A stretch of DNA of 64,000 nucleotides from NCBI RefSeq assembly GCF_006345805.1, contig NC_043006.1, positions 46,624,001 through 46,688,000 on the forward strand. The letters run 5' to 3'. Below, piece after piece: positions 1-12,458 of this stretch. The translations under genes were made by a program, and so were the position numbers. Origin of the DNA: Octopus sinensis. Its lineage: Eukaryota. The notes beneath the pieces were generated by a model that worked only from the letters and a program-made list of their open reading frames with translations, searched no databases and was not told the DNA's origin. Every line of letters begins with the position of its first letter. Position 1 is the first letter of the stretch.

Positions 1-85
1 TATATATATACATACATACATACATACATACATACATACATACATACATACATACATACATACATACATACATACATACATACAT
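1..85. repeat. (TACA)n microsatellite
   Basis: Direct tetranucleotide repeat at the window start. Confidence 0.95.
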
Positions 86-818
86 GTATTCATTTGAGCC
101 AATGTATACGTCTACTCGCCTAAAAACCTGCGTTGCTTAATAGACAGGAATGCATTCTGTCCCGTGATAAACAAATCAGTACAAATACTATGAAGGATTT
201 CGTAGTGTGAGTTTTGGCGTGAAGTATGCCAACAAGCCATCGTAACATATAATTCTACTTTTGCGTCCTGTTAAAAAATTAACTCCAAATATAGCAGCAC
301 AAATCATTGAGTCTGATATTGTAATATAAGCATTAAGAGGAACAGCAGTGTCAATCTAAGCTAAGTAAAAACTATATGCTTATTAAATAGAAACTTACTA
401 TTCAACACAGACGTATTATTAAAGCGAAACATGAACGCATAAATGTAGGAATTAACCGTCGGTATAGCATTGAACACACTAGCGAACATATCGGGATTTC
501 TAGTACACATGATGATACTAAAATTTGAAGTGGATAATCTTATTGACAAAATGCACATTAAAATAATACATGACTTCTCGTTGCACATAATAACCTATTG
601 GAACAGAACCCACCGAATACATAAAGCGATATTAATTCATAGAGAGAAAGTCAGACAATAGTTGAGAACAATGTGAAAATAGTACAGAACGGAATGCGGA
701 AGATATTGTAGAACAAGGCAGCATAGCAAGCGATGGAAAAAACTCAGGAGGATATAGGTAAAAGTCTACTTAATGAAAGACCAAAGAAGCCTTTATAGTA
801 TCCCATTACACAGCCTCA

Positions 819-1202
819 GTGGAGGCGCAATGGCCCAGTGGTTAGGGCAGCGGACTCGCGGTCGTAGGATCGCGGTTTCGATTCCCAGACCGGGCACTGT
901 GAGTGTTTATTGAGCGAAAACACCTGAAGCTTCACGAGGCTCCTGCAGGGGGTGGTGATGAACCCTGCTGTACTCTTTCACCACAACTTTCTCTCACTCT
1001 TTCTTCCTGTTTCTGTTGTACCTGTATTTCAAAGGGCCAGCCTTGTCACACTGTGTCACGCTGAATCTCCCCGAGAACTACGTTAAGGGTACACGTGTCT
1101 GTGGAGTGCTCAGCCACTTGCACGTTAATTCCACGAGCAAGCTGTTCCGTTGATCGTATCAGCTGGGACCCTCATCGTCGTAACCGACGGAGTGCGCCTA
1201 CC
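819..1202 (+). mobile_element. tRNA-derived SINE (family C), full length, 12-bp target-site duplication
   Basis: Head has A-box TGGCCCAGTGG and B-box GTTTCGATTCC. TACACAGCCTCA flanks it at 807-818 and 1203-1214. Central region is shared with 50477-50733 and 61489-61799. Confidence 0.85.
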
Positions 1203-2074
1203 TACACAGCCTCAATGACAGTATGCTCTATGAAAGCATATACCCCAAAACAGCAACAACAATAAAAACAAAAACAGAATAAGGCGTATGACAAAGGGGA
1301 ATTAGAAATAACTTCGAGGAAACATGAACTGAAACAATGAAGAAAATGGGAAAAATACACATCATAAACAGTGCGTAAACATCAACGAAAACATGTCAAT
1401 AATCCAAAAACGAACAAGTGGAATCTACTGAAGTATAAATAAATATATATATAAATAGATGTTGCATGAAATTGTCTTCTTGGTAGGCAATTGTCCGAAT
1501 ATTGAAAGACTTATCAATCGATTTCTACTATTTAGTAGTTGTGGTAACATCGAAACAAAATAGGTTTGGTGTCCAGAGTGTCAGAGAACAAAAAGAAAAT
1601 CTATCATTTTCTAAACAGAATAATAAAAAGCGATCATCATAAAGAAAAGAGAGGAACACATTTATATAAATGAAGACACCATGCAAGCCAGAAGGAAAGT
1701 TCTAACAAAGCATAACAGCATAATCCTACAGAATAACACGATTTGAACAATCTGAAACTCATCTTCTAGAATAAAGTATTGCACTAAAATATCAAAAACT
1801 GATTACCAAAGAAAGAAAAACAAGTACATTCTTGGGAGACATTTTTGTTGGCATTATTGTTATTCTGTGAAAGGAAAGGGGGATTTGACGATGATGATGA
1901 TAGAGAGATTGTAAATAATAATGATGGTGGTCGCTCCCATCGATTTCGACTTATTGGGAGTCGGAAGGAGAGGTTGAGCTATCGTTTCGTGGAAGAAGGT
2001 TTATGTTCCTATAACCTGTGTTAATTTTGTAACCCTTAAAAAGGGAAGATAAGAAAGTTCATTTTCAGCACTTG

Positions 2075-2427
2075 ATGCTTTGGGAACCAGACAAAAATTG
2101 CTGCAGCTCGGCTGGGATGTGTTACCCCACTCTCCATATTCACCAGATATTGCTCCTTCGGATTCCCACTTATTCAGGTCTCTGCAAAATAGTCTTAATG
2201 GTAAACATTTCAATTCCTTGGATGACGTAGAAAGATACCTTGATGAATTCTTTGCCATGCAACCACCTCCTATCTGGGAAGAGGGTATTTTCAAGTTAAA
2301 GGAAAGATGGAGACGCATTGTGCAACAAAATGATTCATATTTGGTTGATTAAAAATGTAATGGCAAGTATTTATTGACCATTTTCTTTCCTTTAAAAATC
2401 GGCACGAACTTTCCGGACAACATAATA
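2075..2427 (+). mobile_element. mariner (Tc1/mariner, D,D34D type) transposase 3' remnant with right terminal inverted repeat
   Basis: ORF 2080-2352 reads LGWDVLPHSPYSPDIAPSDSHLFRSLQNSL...WEEGIFKLKERW (YSPDxAP motif). It is followed by a TIR-like end GGCACGAACTTTCCGGACAACATAA and TA. Confidence 0.9.
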
Positions 2428-3079
2428 TGTGCGCGCGTACATGTGCAGAGAGAGAGTGTGTGTGTGTGTGTAAGTGAGAGAGAAAGAGAGATAGAGAGAG
2501 TTTGGTAGAGAATTGCAGATATATCTTTGCATAGATACACACATTTTGTAACCCTTATCTTTGCATAGATACACACATTCATAGATTTAGATATGCATAC
2601 GATGTTATACGTGTATATAAACATGCAGATGTTTAAATAAACTTACGCACATATGTAATTTTGTGCATGCAGATGTGTGTGGTGGTGCATGTGTGAATAT
2701 GTGTTTGAATGCAATAAATCCACTTGGCAACTCTCTGTTGCACTGAATTCATGCATACGTGAAATAAAGAAACTAACCACCCATTCTAGAATGATCCATC
2801 AAACAGAAGCATTCAGCCAAATAATGTTGTACATATCACATTGCAATCATATCACAAAGTACACAAATTCTTCATCTCTTTAAAACGGAGAAAAATACTA
2901 GGAAAAAGCAAAACTAAACTGGAATATCCTTTCTTAAGTTTGTTTTATTTTATTATTTACTTACAAATTTGCGCTTTCCACATGTCTCTTCACTGTTTAA
3001 AAATTTCCGAAGCATTTAATTTTAGATGTATAATTCATTGCAAGATTTCACTTTGAAAGCTAACAGTATCGCACAGAAT

Positions 3080-4600
3080 GATTTCCGTTTATTCCAACAT
3101 CTTCAGAGTCAATCACCGTCATCCCCAACATCATAATCTTTTGTAGATCCATGTGTCAGTTATTTACATACACACGCTGTCTATCTTCATCTTCAGCAAT
3201 ATTATTACAAATACTGCACACTCGACGTAACCAAACATTGTCTTTAGAAGCTATAAAGCTCATGCAACTATTATTAGTATTATTATATTGTTTAACACAG
3301 CAACTTTGCTAGGGAGTGCAATGAAATGTCAGCTGTCAACAGCAAGTGGACTAATGCAACACAATTCATTCAGACTTCGAAAACTGATCCATGCAGTTCC
3401 TTTTTCTGTAGTTGCTCGTTTTCACTTTTGCTCATATATTTTTTAATGAGTTTGGGGGACTGATGTCAACACTACCCAAAGCTCCGGCAACAACAACAAA
3501 TATAACACTCACCATTCTGAATGACCAGGACCATCTTCTCTAAGTCATTTTCATTCCTACTTCAAACCATCGTAACTGACCTGATTCTTTTCTTTCCCCG
3601 ATATTATCTCAGCTCCAGAGTATACAATATCTGTGCTTAAACAGGTTTTACTCCTTATTCACAGCCACTATATTCGACTTCGATGTACAGTTTCATGGAT
3701 CATTATATCTCACCGTATGTTTCAGATATTCTCAATTTTCCCTCATGGGATTTTCCCGTACAAACTCTTTGTGCACATGTCACACATCTCCCCAACAATC
3801 ATTCTTACAACATCATCGTCTCTTCGTTCATATGCTTTTCAGCTTAACTTCGTGCAATCATTTACAATACTGTATACGTCTTCACCTTTATCACTGCACA
3901 TACCGTGCTTGTCATTTTCTGTTGTATTGTCAATCCTGTATTTAGGGTACTTTGTCCAAAGTGCTTGTTGGCAAGCAGCACGGCTAAGTGCTTCTATCTC
4001 TGACTTCAAGTTACTGTTCTTTAGCCAATGCCACTTCCATCAAGATCTGTACTCCCGCTCGTCTCCCTTGCAAACTACCCGTACAAATTTTCCTTTCCCT
4101 TTTTTCGTCGTCCATCCTCTTTTTTTTTTGGGGGGGGGGTCCTTCTGGCTCCACGCGAGTGTCTATCCTGATTATACTAGATATTCTTATCTGAACTAGC
4201 AATGATTCTATACCATCGCTTTCCAAGCTATTTCATTCTGATCCTATACAACTTTCAGAGCTGATTAACCATCACCCATCTTTGTGCCTGGTTAGATACA
4301 GCATAACAATATCGCTATTGAGGTGGAATGTTCTGTGCATTATGAATCGTTGTTTTGATTTACGATCTAGCCTAAGAATCTCCACTTTCCTCCAGTGGTG
4401 GTATTTGTATCTTACTTCAATAAAGCAATCTTCCATGTATTGTTTGCTTGAAACTTGTATTTCCATTGAGATTTGATGACAGCACCAATCTAAATTCTTC
4501 GAAGATGCTCTTACGAAATGCATTTCTTTATTTTATCTCCCAGCACTTCATTCACCACTAATCTGCCCGAGTATTTCTACCAAGTATCATCAATTTTTTA
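3080..4600 (-). mobile_element. Old, frameshifted R4/Dong-clade non-LTR retrotransposon remnant (post-RT region to endonuclease end)
   Basis: Minus-strand fragments LDRKSKQRFIMHRTFHLNSDIVMLYLTRHKDG (cf. HPKSDVDRLY..R..GGRG), VVVAGALGSV and LQKIMMLG are colinear with the young copy at 12459. Confidence 0.7.
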
Positions 4601-4631
4601 CATCATGTTTTTTTTCTTTACTCTTTATTTT

Positions 4632-5040
4632 TTTACTCTTTTACTTGTTTCAGTCATTTGACTGCAGCCATACTGGAGAACCGCCTTTAGTCGAACACAT
4701 CGACCCCCAGGACTTATTCTTTGTAAGCCTAGTACTTATTCTATTGGTCTCTTTTGCCGAACCGCTAAGTTACGGGGGTGTAAACACACCAGCATCGGTT
4801 GTCAAGCGATGTTGGGGGACAAACACAGACACACAAACATATACACACACCTACATATATATATAATTATATATATACATATATACGACGGGCTTCTTTC
4901 AGTTTCTGTCTACCAAATCCACTCTTTGGTAGGCCCGAGGCTATAGTAGTAAACATTTACCCAAGGTGCCAAGCAGTGGGACTGAACCCAGAACCATGTG
5001 GTTGGTAAGTAAGCTACTTAAAACACAGCCACTCCTGCGC
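4632..5040 (-). mobile_element. tRNA-derived CORE-type SINE (family A, OR2-like)
   Basis: Head GCGCAGGAGTGGCTGTG, CORE-like CACCTTGGGTAAATG, internal (TA)/(TG) tract, tail AAACAAGTAAAAGAG. Many copies in the window. Confidence 0.85.
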
Positions 5041-5230
5041 TTCTTTCTGGCGTTTTACGATCTTATTTCAAATCTAGCTGTGGTAAACATTGCATTTCAC
5101 TGTCTCGGAATGGATAATATAAAGTACGACTCAAGTACTTTATATTGATAGCAACGATTAACCTCATTCCCTAAAATTGCTGACTTTACCAATATTGCAA
5201 GCGAAAACTATTAATCATATCTAACGTGGT

Positions 5231-5845
5231 GAAGGCGCTGAGCTGGCAGAATTATTAGCAATGCGGGCAAAATGCTCAGCGGCATTTCGTCCGTTTTTAC
5301 GTTCCGAGCTCAAATTCTGCGGAAATTGACTTTACTTTCATCCTCTCAGGGTCGACAAAATAAGTACCGGTTGAGTACTGGGGTCGAATGTTATTGACTT
5401 CTTCTCTCCCCCGAAATTGCTGGCCCGGTGCCAAAATTTGAAGCAATATGTAAGGCGTTGAGCTGGCAGAATCGTTAGCACATCGTACAAAACGCTTATT
5501 GAGATTTCCTTTGTCTTCATGTTCTAAGTTCACATCCAGCCGAAGTCGAATTTGTCTTTTATTCTTCCGGGTTCGATAAAATATGTACCTGTCGAGCACA
5601 GGGGTTGATGTAATCGACATACCCCTGTCCTAAAATTGCTGGCCTTGCGCCAAATTTTGAAATCAACACAGGAAGAAATGTTTAACTGCATTTCGTCCGT
5701 CTTTAACGTTCTGTGTTCAAATTCCACCGAGATCTTTGAATTTCTTCATCTTGGGATCGTTGAAATAATTACTAGATGATCACTTGGGTGGATGCAATCA
5801 ACAATCCCATTCTCTCAAAATTTCACGCCTTGTGCCTTTAGTAAG
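5231..5845 (+). mobile_element. Cluster of 3-4 decayed family-B SINE monomers, same orientation
   Basis: Repeated GAGCTGGCAGAATCGTTAGC head, GAGTTCAAATTC B-box, GTCGAC..TTTCATCC..GGGTCGA body and AAATTGCTGGCC tail. Confidence 0.75.
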
Positions 5846-6277
5846 AATGATCATTAATACTCTCTACTGTTAACACGAAAAGCAGAGCAGCATTAGTACG
5901 ATGCATTAATTTGCATCTTGTTTATATTTATTATGTCCAACAGTATGATGTATACGATGAACCTTAGCCAGTAATAAAATTACTATAATCTTTCATGTTT
6001 TACTTGTAGCACATCCACTTCCACTTCTCATATCAGACTTACCTAAATATCACAGGGAAAGTGTATTTCATTTCTCAATAGATGTCGCACTATTTCTTCG
6101 AAACATCGATACCCTTTGCTTTGATTTTTTCCATTTCACTTACCTTTAGCCTCATCAGTTTTCTTCCGAGCCATCGAGCATGTTTAACAAAACCATTTTG
6201 CGCCGTGGAGTTTTAATATTAGTACTAGTATTCTTATAAGATCTGGTAGGAAAAATATTGGTGTTTTTATTAAATAA

Positions 6278-6280
6278 TAT

Positions 6281-6363
<83 letters not shown>

Positions 6364-6372
6364 GTAATAATA
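6278..6372. repeat. (CTA)n(TAA)n compound microsatellite
   Basis: Direct trinucleotide repeats. Confidence 0.95.
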
Positions 6373-6657
6373 ATATATTTATATAGATATTATTTTGTTT
6401 TTTGTTGTTGTTAGGCACATGTAATCTATTTATGCATGAAATAATATGCATTACTTACGTGTACTTCTGTCGCACCTAATCTCTCTCTCTCTCTCTCTCT
6501 CTGTCTCTACATCTAAATAGAAATATATGAAAACTCATGTAAATAAATGTAAACATATATACACATGCATATACACGTCTTGGTGTAGACATCAATATCT
6601 ATTTGCCGAAATAAATTTTATATAAGTGTATAGATGTAGGCATGTAGGTATGATCTC

Positions 6658-6689
<32 letters not shown>

Positions 6690-6695
<6 letters not shown>

Positions 6696-7880
6696 TGCTG
6701 ATGTGTGAAGTCGGAGAGACAGGTCTGTAGGTTTTGGCATCTGCTCTGCTTCCTCCTTTATGGATTGGGCATATTATACCCTCCTTAGTTTGCATGACAG
6801 CCAGCCATTTGCAGGAAAGCTCTGGAAGAGAATTTGTAGGGGTTTCGCCAGGGCACGCTTGCACAATTTGAGGAGGATTGCTGGAAAACCATGAGGACTA
6901 TCAGTTGAGTTTGCGTCAACCACATCTATGGCTAGTGGTATATCTTCTTCACTAATTTCGATGCAATCTATCGTAACTGCCTAGCTAGTTATAGGTAAGG
7001 CGGCAAAGAATTCCTCTGATTCCTTGACTTGACTGCGTGCCAGCGGGGTGGTAAAGGCACTTTTGAACAGGTCATTCAGTACCGCATTGATCCTGGTTGG
7101 ACTATTTGTGAAGAAGTCATCCTTTTGGAAGAAGGGTTCTATTTTTCGGCGTACTGAGGCTGTTTTTTGGCATAATGAATGAAGGCTTTGGGTTTGGCTT
7201 AATGTTTTTTATAACTCAGGCTTCTTTGTCTGCTCTGTCCTTCATATATGATTGTTGCAGGCTTTTTTCAATCTCCATCAGTGTTGTTTTTAGGCGGGAC
7301 CTTTCACTACTTTTGGAATGTTGGTTGAAGCGGTTTGAAATCTTCGTGCGTCGTCTCATGAGGATCTTCCTCTTTCTTGGAATCCTGTTACTTTTTCTGT
7401 TGGCCTTGTGATCTGGGACATATTTCTGGCATGTGGTTTGCATAACAGACATGAAATATTCTTGTTTCATGCCAATGTCTGGTGTGGAGGGACATTTCCG
7501 CTTATCCTGTCTGAGGATCTCTTTTTGGATAGATTTCCAGTTTGCTTTGTTGAAGTTCATGCTGGAGAGATTGTGGGTGCTTCCTTTAGGCTAGTTTTAG
7601 TCCATAGATAAACAGCTCTATTATGTTGTGACCCGAAACTAACGTCGGCGCCACTTTCACATCATGAACGATGTCCATATTGTTTGTGAAGCAGAGATCC
7701 AAAATCTTAGTTGGTCTGAGCATAACTTGTTCCATGAACAGGGCATTGGCGAGGTTGAGCAGGGACTGCAGCTGTGCTTGTTTATATATACATATTATTT
7801 ATCTAATGGGGTGTTCTTTGCTGTCTGGATATTATTATCTACTTAGGCTTAAATAATTATCTTGAATAGCTGCCAGTTTC
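6690..7880 (-). mobile_element. CR1/L2-type LINE ORF2 fragment (AP endonuclease C-terminus to start of RT), degenerate
   Basis: PTKILDLCFTNN...VSGHNII (APE end), NFNKANWKSI linker and IICPIHKGGSRADAKTYRPVSPTSHISKV (NYRP.SLTS motif) in colinear order. Confidence 0.85.
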
Positions 7881-7901
7881 TATGAGGTAATAACTGTTCA
7901 A

Positions 7902-8104
<203 letters not shown>

Positions 8105-8194
8105 GGGTGCGGCGGCAGAAATATCTACCACATTTTAAACAACAGTAAAATTAATTTTTCATAAATGTTTCGTTTGTCTTTTGTCAAACTTTGA

Positions 8195-8580
8195 AAGGTG
8201 AGAAGTATTTATAAAAGGTATTATGTGAGAGGTATTTCTTCACTACTTCTGGGAGTGACGATCCTGCCTGACACGAGTCCTAGGCTCAGCTGGCTCTGGC
8301 TGACAGTACCCGGTATGGGCCCCTACCCAAGTTTACGGAAAGGAGACAACCTTCAAAGAAATCCGGAGTGGAGCCCCGTAGGCGGTTTAGTGTTCGTCTC
8401 GACACTCTTCCGGCAGTTCCTGCAACCAAGCTAGTGCCAAACGTAATGCTCTGCACTCCTTTGCACTACGACAGCAAAGTCGAGAGAGGAATCCTGACGA
8501 CTGGGCTAGCCAGGATTTTCTTACATCTATCCCAGGCCTGCACAAAATCTGGAGAGGAAACTGGAGAGGGTATGAAATGT
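8195..8580 (+). mobile_element. GC-richer island, possibly the 5' UTR of a non-LTR retrotransposon
   Basis: Abrupt GC rise. AAATCCGGAGTGGAGCCCC...CTTCCGGCAGTTCCTGCAACCAAGCTAGTGCCAAAC recalls RTE/RTEX/R4-type 5' UTRs (from memory, not searched). Confidence 0.3.
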
Positions 8581-9863
8581 AAAAAACAGACTGGATTAGT
8601 TTATGTACAACTCCATTGTCTCATGAGACAAAGGGATGCCAAAGTTATTATTAATAACAACTATATCTAACCATCGATTGTCATTTAAAATTTCTAATTT
8701 CTGAGCTTCCTCTCTGCATCTTAAATTGAATCTCATTCTCTTTCACTTTTGTTTTGTTCCGTAGTTTTGTTTCACCCTTTCTTACGCTTGATAAAGAACT
8801 CTATTCCTATATATTTTTCGCCATCGTTCACCACAGTATAACAGATTTTATTTTGCCTTTGCGTTTAAACGTTTCGCAAGATGCATATGACCCGTCTTCA
8901 ACAAGGCCTGTATATTTCAATTTCTTCCTCAATCAATTTTATGACAAAATGAGATACAGTAAGATAAGAGAAATAGATGAAATTGAATGCTTATTGGGTG
9001 TATTTTTTTTTCTCAAAAAAAAAAGATAATATGTGCGGAAAAATAACTATTTACATATAGTCACGCATGCCTTAAGGTTTCCAGTGATGTCAGCATTCTT
9101 ACATAAATTTGCTTAATTACAATTTGACAGATATATTAAAATCTATCAATGAATATAAACATATACATATACGTATGTAATGTATGAACGTATGTATATA
9201 TGCATTTATATTTATATATACATACACACAAACACACATATATATGTATATATATAATTATATACATATATATATATGCATGCACGCACGCAAACACACA
9301 CAGATGTAGACGCATACACTCGCAGACGCATATGTATATATATATGTTTTGCGAAGTAGAGCCGTTAGTTACATATTTGCAGCAAAGTAATCCATTGAAT
9401 CGTGAAATTTGAAGAGGTAAAGGGAGAATGTGGAGAATATGCAACTTGTGCGGAGAAAAGAGTCGAAGTAATTTTACCTAAACCCCACGGTTTCCCTGAC
9501 TTACAAACCTGGCCGATATCCATATAGGCTGTATACATTAATATATGATATAGATACAGACATACTCGCGCACACACACTTACACACACACAAACACACA
9601 CAGAGACAGATAGACAGACAGATATACACACACATTCAAACTTATAGACATGTACATAGATAAATAGATATTTACAACTATGATGTTGGAGATTTTAGGT
9701 AAAATTATACTAATGTGTCCTTCTGATCTGATTTAATTAAATTATATGTCTTTGTGCGGCTGGGGATTGCTCTACATTTTAAATCCATGTAATGAAATGT
9801 TTGCGTATTGCATTGTTCAATTAAATGGAGTTGCATGAAGCGATCGTACTGCATTACCTCTGG

Positions 9864-9899
<36 letters not shown>

Positions 9900-10408
9900 A
9901 CAGCCAAACGACTAATGTGATGAGGTATAAAACTGATATAACATCTAGGAAAATCTAATCGGAATTTCTTTAGAATAAAGAGTACGTTTTGACACTAGGT
10001 CTTGCACCAATAGTCACCATCACCTCAGAGATTGGTCTACGTGGTGTCCAGTAGATGAGATATATTTTGTCATATGCCAAAAAAGGCCCGCGCGATATAT
10101 GGCCTAAGTAATAGACATCATTTTAATGAAAATGAGGTGATAATTCCAAGTGACAAGTGAATCAACTTGAGCAGTAAATAGAGACAAATGTGTATATAAA
10201 TATAATACAAACTATATATCGATTAATTGAGACTGTCTGTCTCTTCAAAAATGATGTAAGGACCCCCTAATCAGCCGAAATTGCTAGGATGATCCGGTTC
10301 TTGACTGAAGATTGAAGGCTTCGAATGTCCCGTCCGTGTTTTTTGTATCGTCTTCTAAATGTTTTACGTTCTTGTCCCACTTTGTATTTTTCTACATATT
10401 TATATATA

Positions 10409-10481
<73 letters not shown>

Positions 10482-10496
10482 ATCTGTGTGTGTGTA

Positions 10497-10551
<55 letters not shown>

Positions 10552-10822
10552 AAGTCAAGGTAGAAAATGCTAAAATAATTTTATAAAAAACATTTCAGTA
10601 CTGGTCTCGGTAGTTGACAGTTTTTCAACTGTAAGTATGGAAAATAATAAAGTTTTGCAAACATTTAATGAAAAGTTTTTTAAAAGAATATTTACATAGT
10701 ATACAAATACAAGGGGCATTTTTCTTGTTTCTGCCTATCTCTGTTCTCTTGTTTACTCTTGTGGGTTCGAGGTCGTCGTCGATACTAGGTTATATATATA
10801 CATACAAAATGAAGAGGAATGT

Positions 10823-10925
10823 CCACTAAAGTGGGCACCTAATATGCTAAACATAGACGTGAAATTCTTCGTGGTTATGGCGATTTCACGTCAATGTTTA
10901 GCATATTAGGTGTCCACTTTAGTGG
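10823..10925. repeat. Near-perfect inverted repeat: 43-bp arms, 17-nt spacer
   Basis: 10823-10865 is the reverse complement of 10883-10925 except at two positions (one G:T, one A:A). Confidence 0.95.
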
Positions 10926-10928
10926 TCA

Positions 10929-10985
10929 ACCCGGAACCATGTGGTTGGTAAGCAAGCTACTTACCACACAGCCACTCCTACGCCT
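10929..10985 (-). mobile_element. Family-A SINE head fragment
   Basis: Reverse complement of TAGGCGTAGGAGTGGCTGTGTGGTAAGTAGCTTGCTTACCAACCACATGGTTCCGGG. Confidence 0.8.
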
Positions 10986-12261
10986 ATATATATATACATA
11001 TACATATGCATGTATTATAGTTTAAGACGATCAGTAATTTGTCATAATAGTATATCTGGACGATTTTCCATGACAATTGCCGACGATCATCTTGCTGAAA
11101 TACATTTTGCCATGCATGAAATAACCACCTGTCTCTTCTTAGCGTTGTTGAAGGAGTTGTTATCTGTAAAATCGATGCTATATATAGGTAAGTGAAAACT
11201 ATTAACAGCGTATAACACTATGCTCTACACAATAGAATTTTGAGTCCGACTTCTGGATAAATGTTAGTGAAAGTGCTGTGCTTATGACGCTTATTGACGT
11301 AGAAACACTGGTTTCTAGCTTGTCATCTAGCTTCCGAATAATCAAACTAGTTTCTTGATTGGTTGTCAATTTTGATCCTTGACTTGCTACCAAACTGCGT
11401 GCCAACTAGTTTCTCATACATCAAAAATATACTTTCTGTATATTCATATTTAGATTTCTGTGTATTTATATGTACATTTCGTATTTGCTTTTGTTCTTCA
11501 AAAACACTACAATAGCTATTCTGACATATTTCAATTAGCTCATTTTTTTTCATTTACACACACACACACAAAAAAAAAACACATACACATTTGTGTATGT
11601 ATGTACGTATAAACAGCGACAGAGAGAGAGGGTGAGAGAAAATGATAGATAGATAGAATGATAGACACACTAGGAATAAAATGGCAATAAAATTATTTGA
11701 TAAAGCATTTAAATTCAATACGATCATAATAAACGAAAACATAAAAGAACAGATGGACATAAATTACTGTAAATGTATCGACATAAAGTACTAATAATAT
11801 AAAATAAAATATAATACTCTGGTAAAAAAAAAAGGAGAAAATAATATGTTGCAGTAGAATGAGTACATTAGACAAGATAATAATTAAATCTGAATTCATA
11901 GAGATCAAGGTTAAATTCCTTCAGGAAACCACAGGGACAAAGTTTATTGTAAATCAACTATCTTCGTGAAAGGAGACTGCGAACAGAATTTGCTGCTTGT
12001 CTGCGAAATGTTCAGCAAGTTCAGGTTTGTTAAATATCGGCAAACGTTGTTTGTAATGGAAAATTTTCTAAACCTCAGAACTCGAGGACATTACCGGTAT
12101 CGATACTTCTTCGAGAATTTACATCAAAATAGGGCATGACAGCAGCCGGGGTGACACAATGAACAACTAGACGGCGCATTGTGTATTAGGGTCGATCTAA
12201 TCGATTGGCTTCATCCCCCTAAAATTCGGGCCTTGTGCCTAGAGCAGAAAAGACATGTATA

Positions 12262-12410
12262 TATTATTTACATTTGACGGATATTTGTCCTCATTTTGCT
12301 TGCCGTTAACACATTTCGGCTGATATACCATCCAGTTTTCATCAGGTGCCTTGGGGAAATTTCGAACCTGGGTTCTCATTCCTAAGTTATTTTTCGATGT
12401 TATTATTATT
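12262..12410 (-). mobile_element. Penelope-like terminal-repeat remnant with degenerate hammerhead-like core
   Basis: Minus strand GGCAC-CTGATGA-AAACTGGATGGTATATCAGCC-GAAA-TGTGTT. Confidence 0.5.
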
Positions 12411-12458
12411 ATTATTATCATTATTATTATTATTATTACAATTATTATTATTATTATT

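Noticed and set aside
3633-4199. 188-aa plus-strand ORF
   Set aside because: Antisense to a decayed R4/Dong element; no recognisable protein.
8265-8310. HDV-like ribozyme around GAG-TCCTAGG-CTC
   Set aside because: A P3/L3-like hairpin is present, but there is no matching P1 strand upstream and no GG after the 7-nt P1' position.
11202-11405. 67-codon minus-strand ORF as an alternative terminal exon
   Set aside because: Poor acceptor, non-ATG start and no homology recognised.
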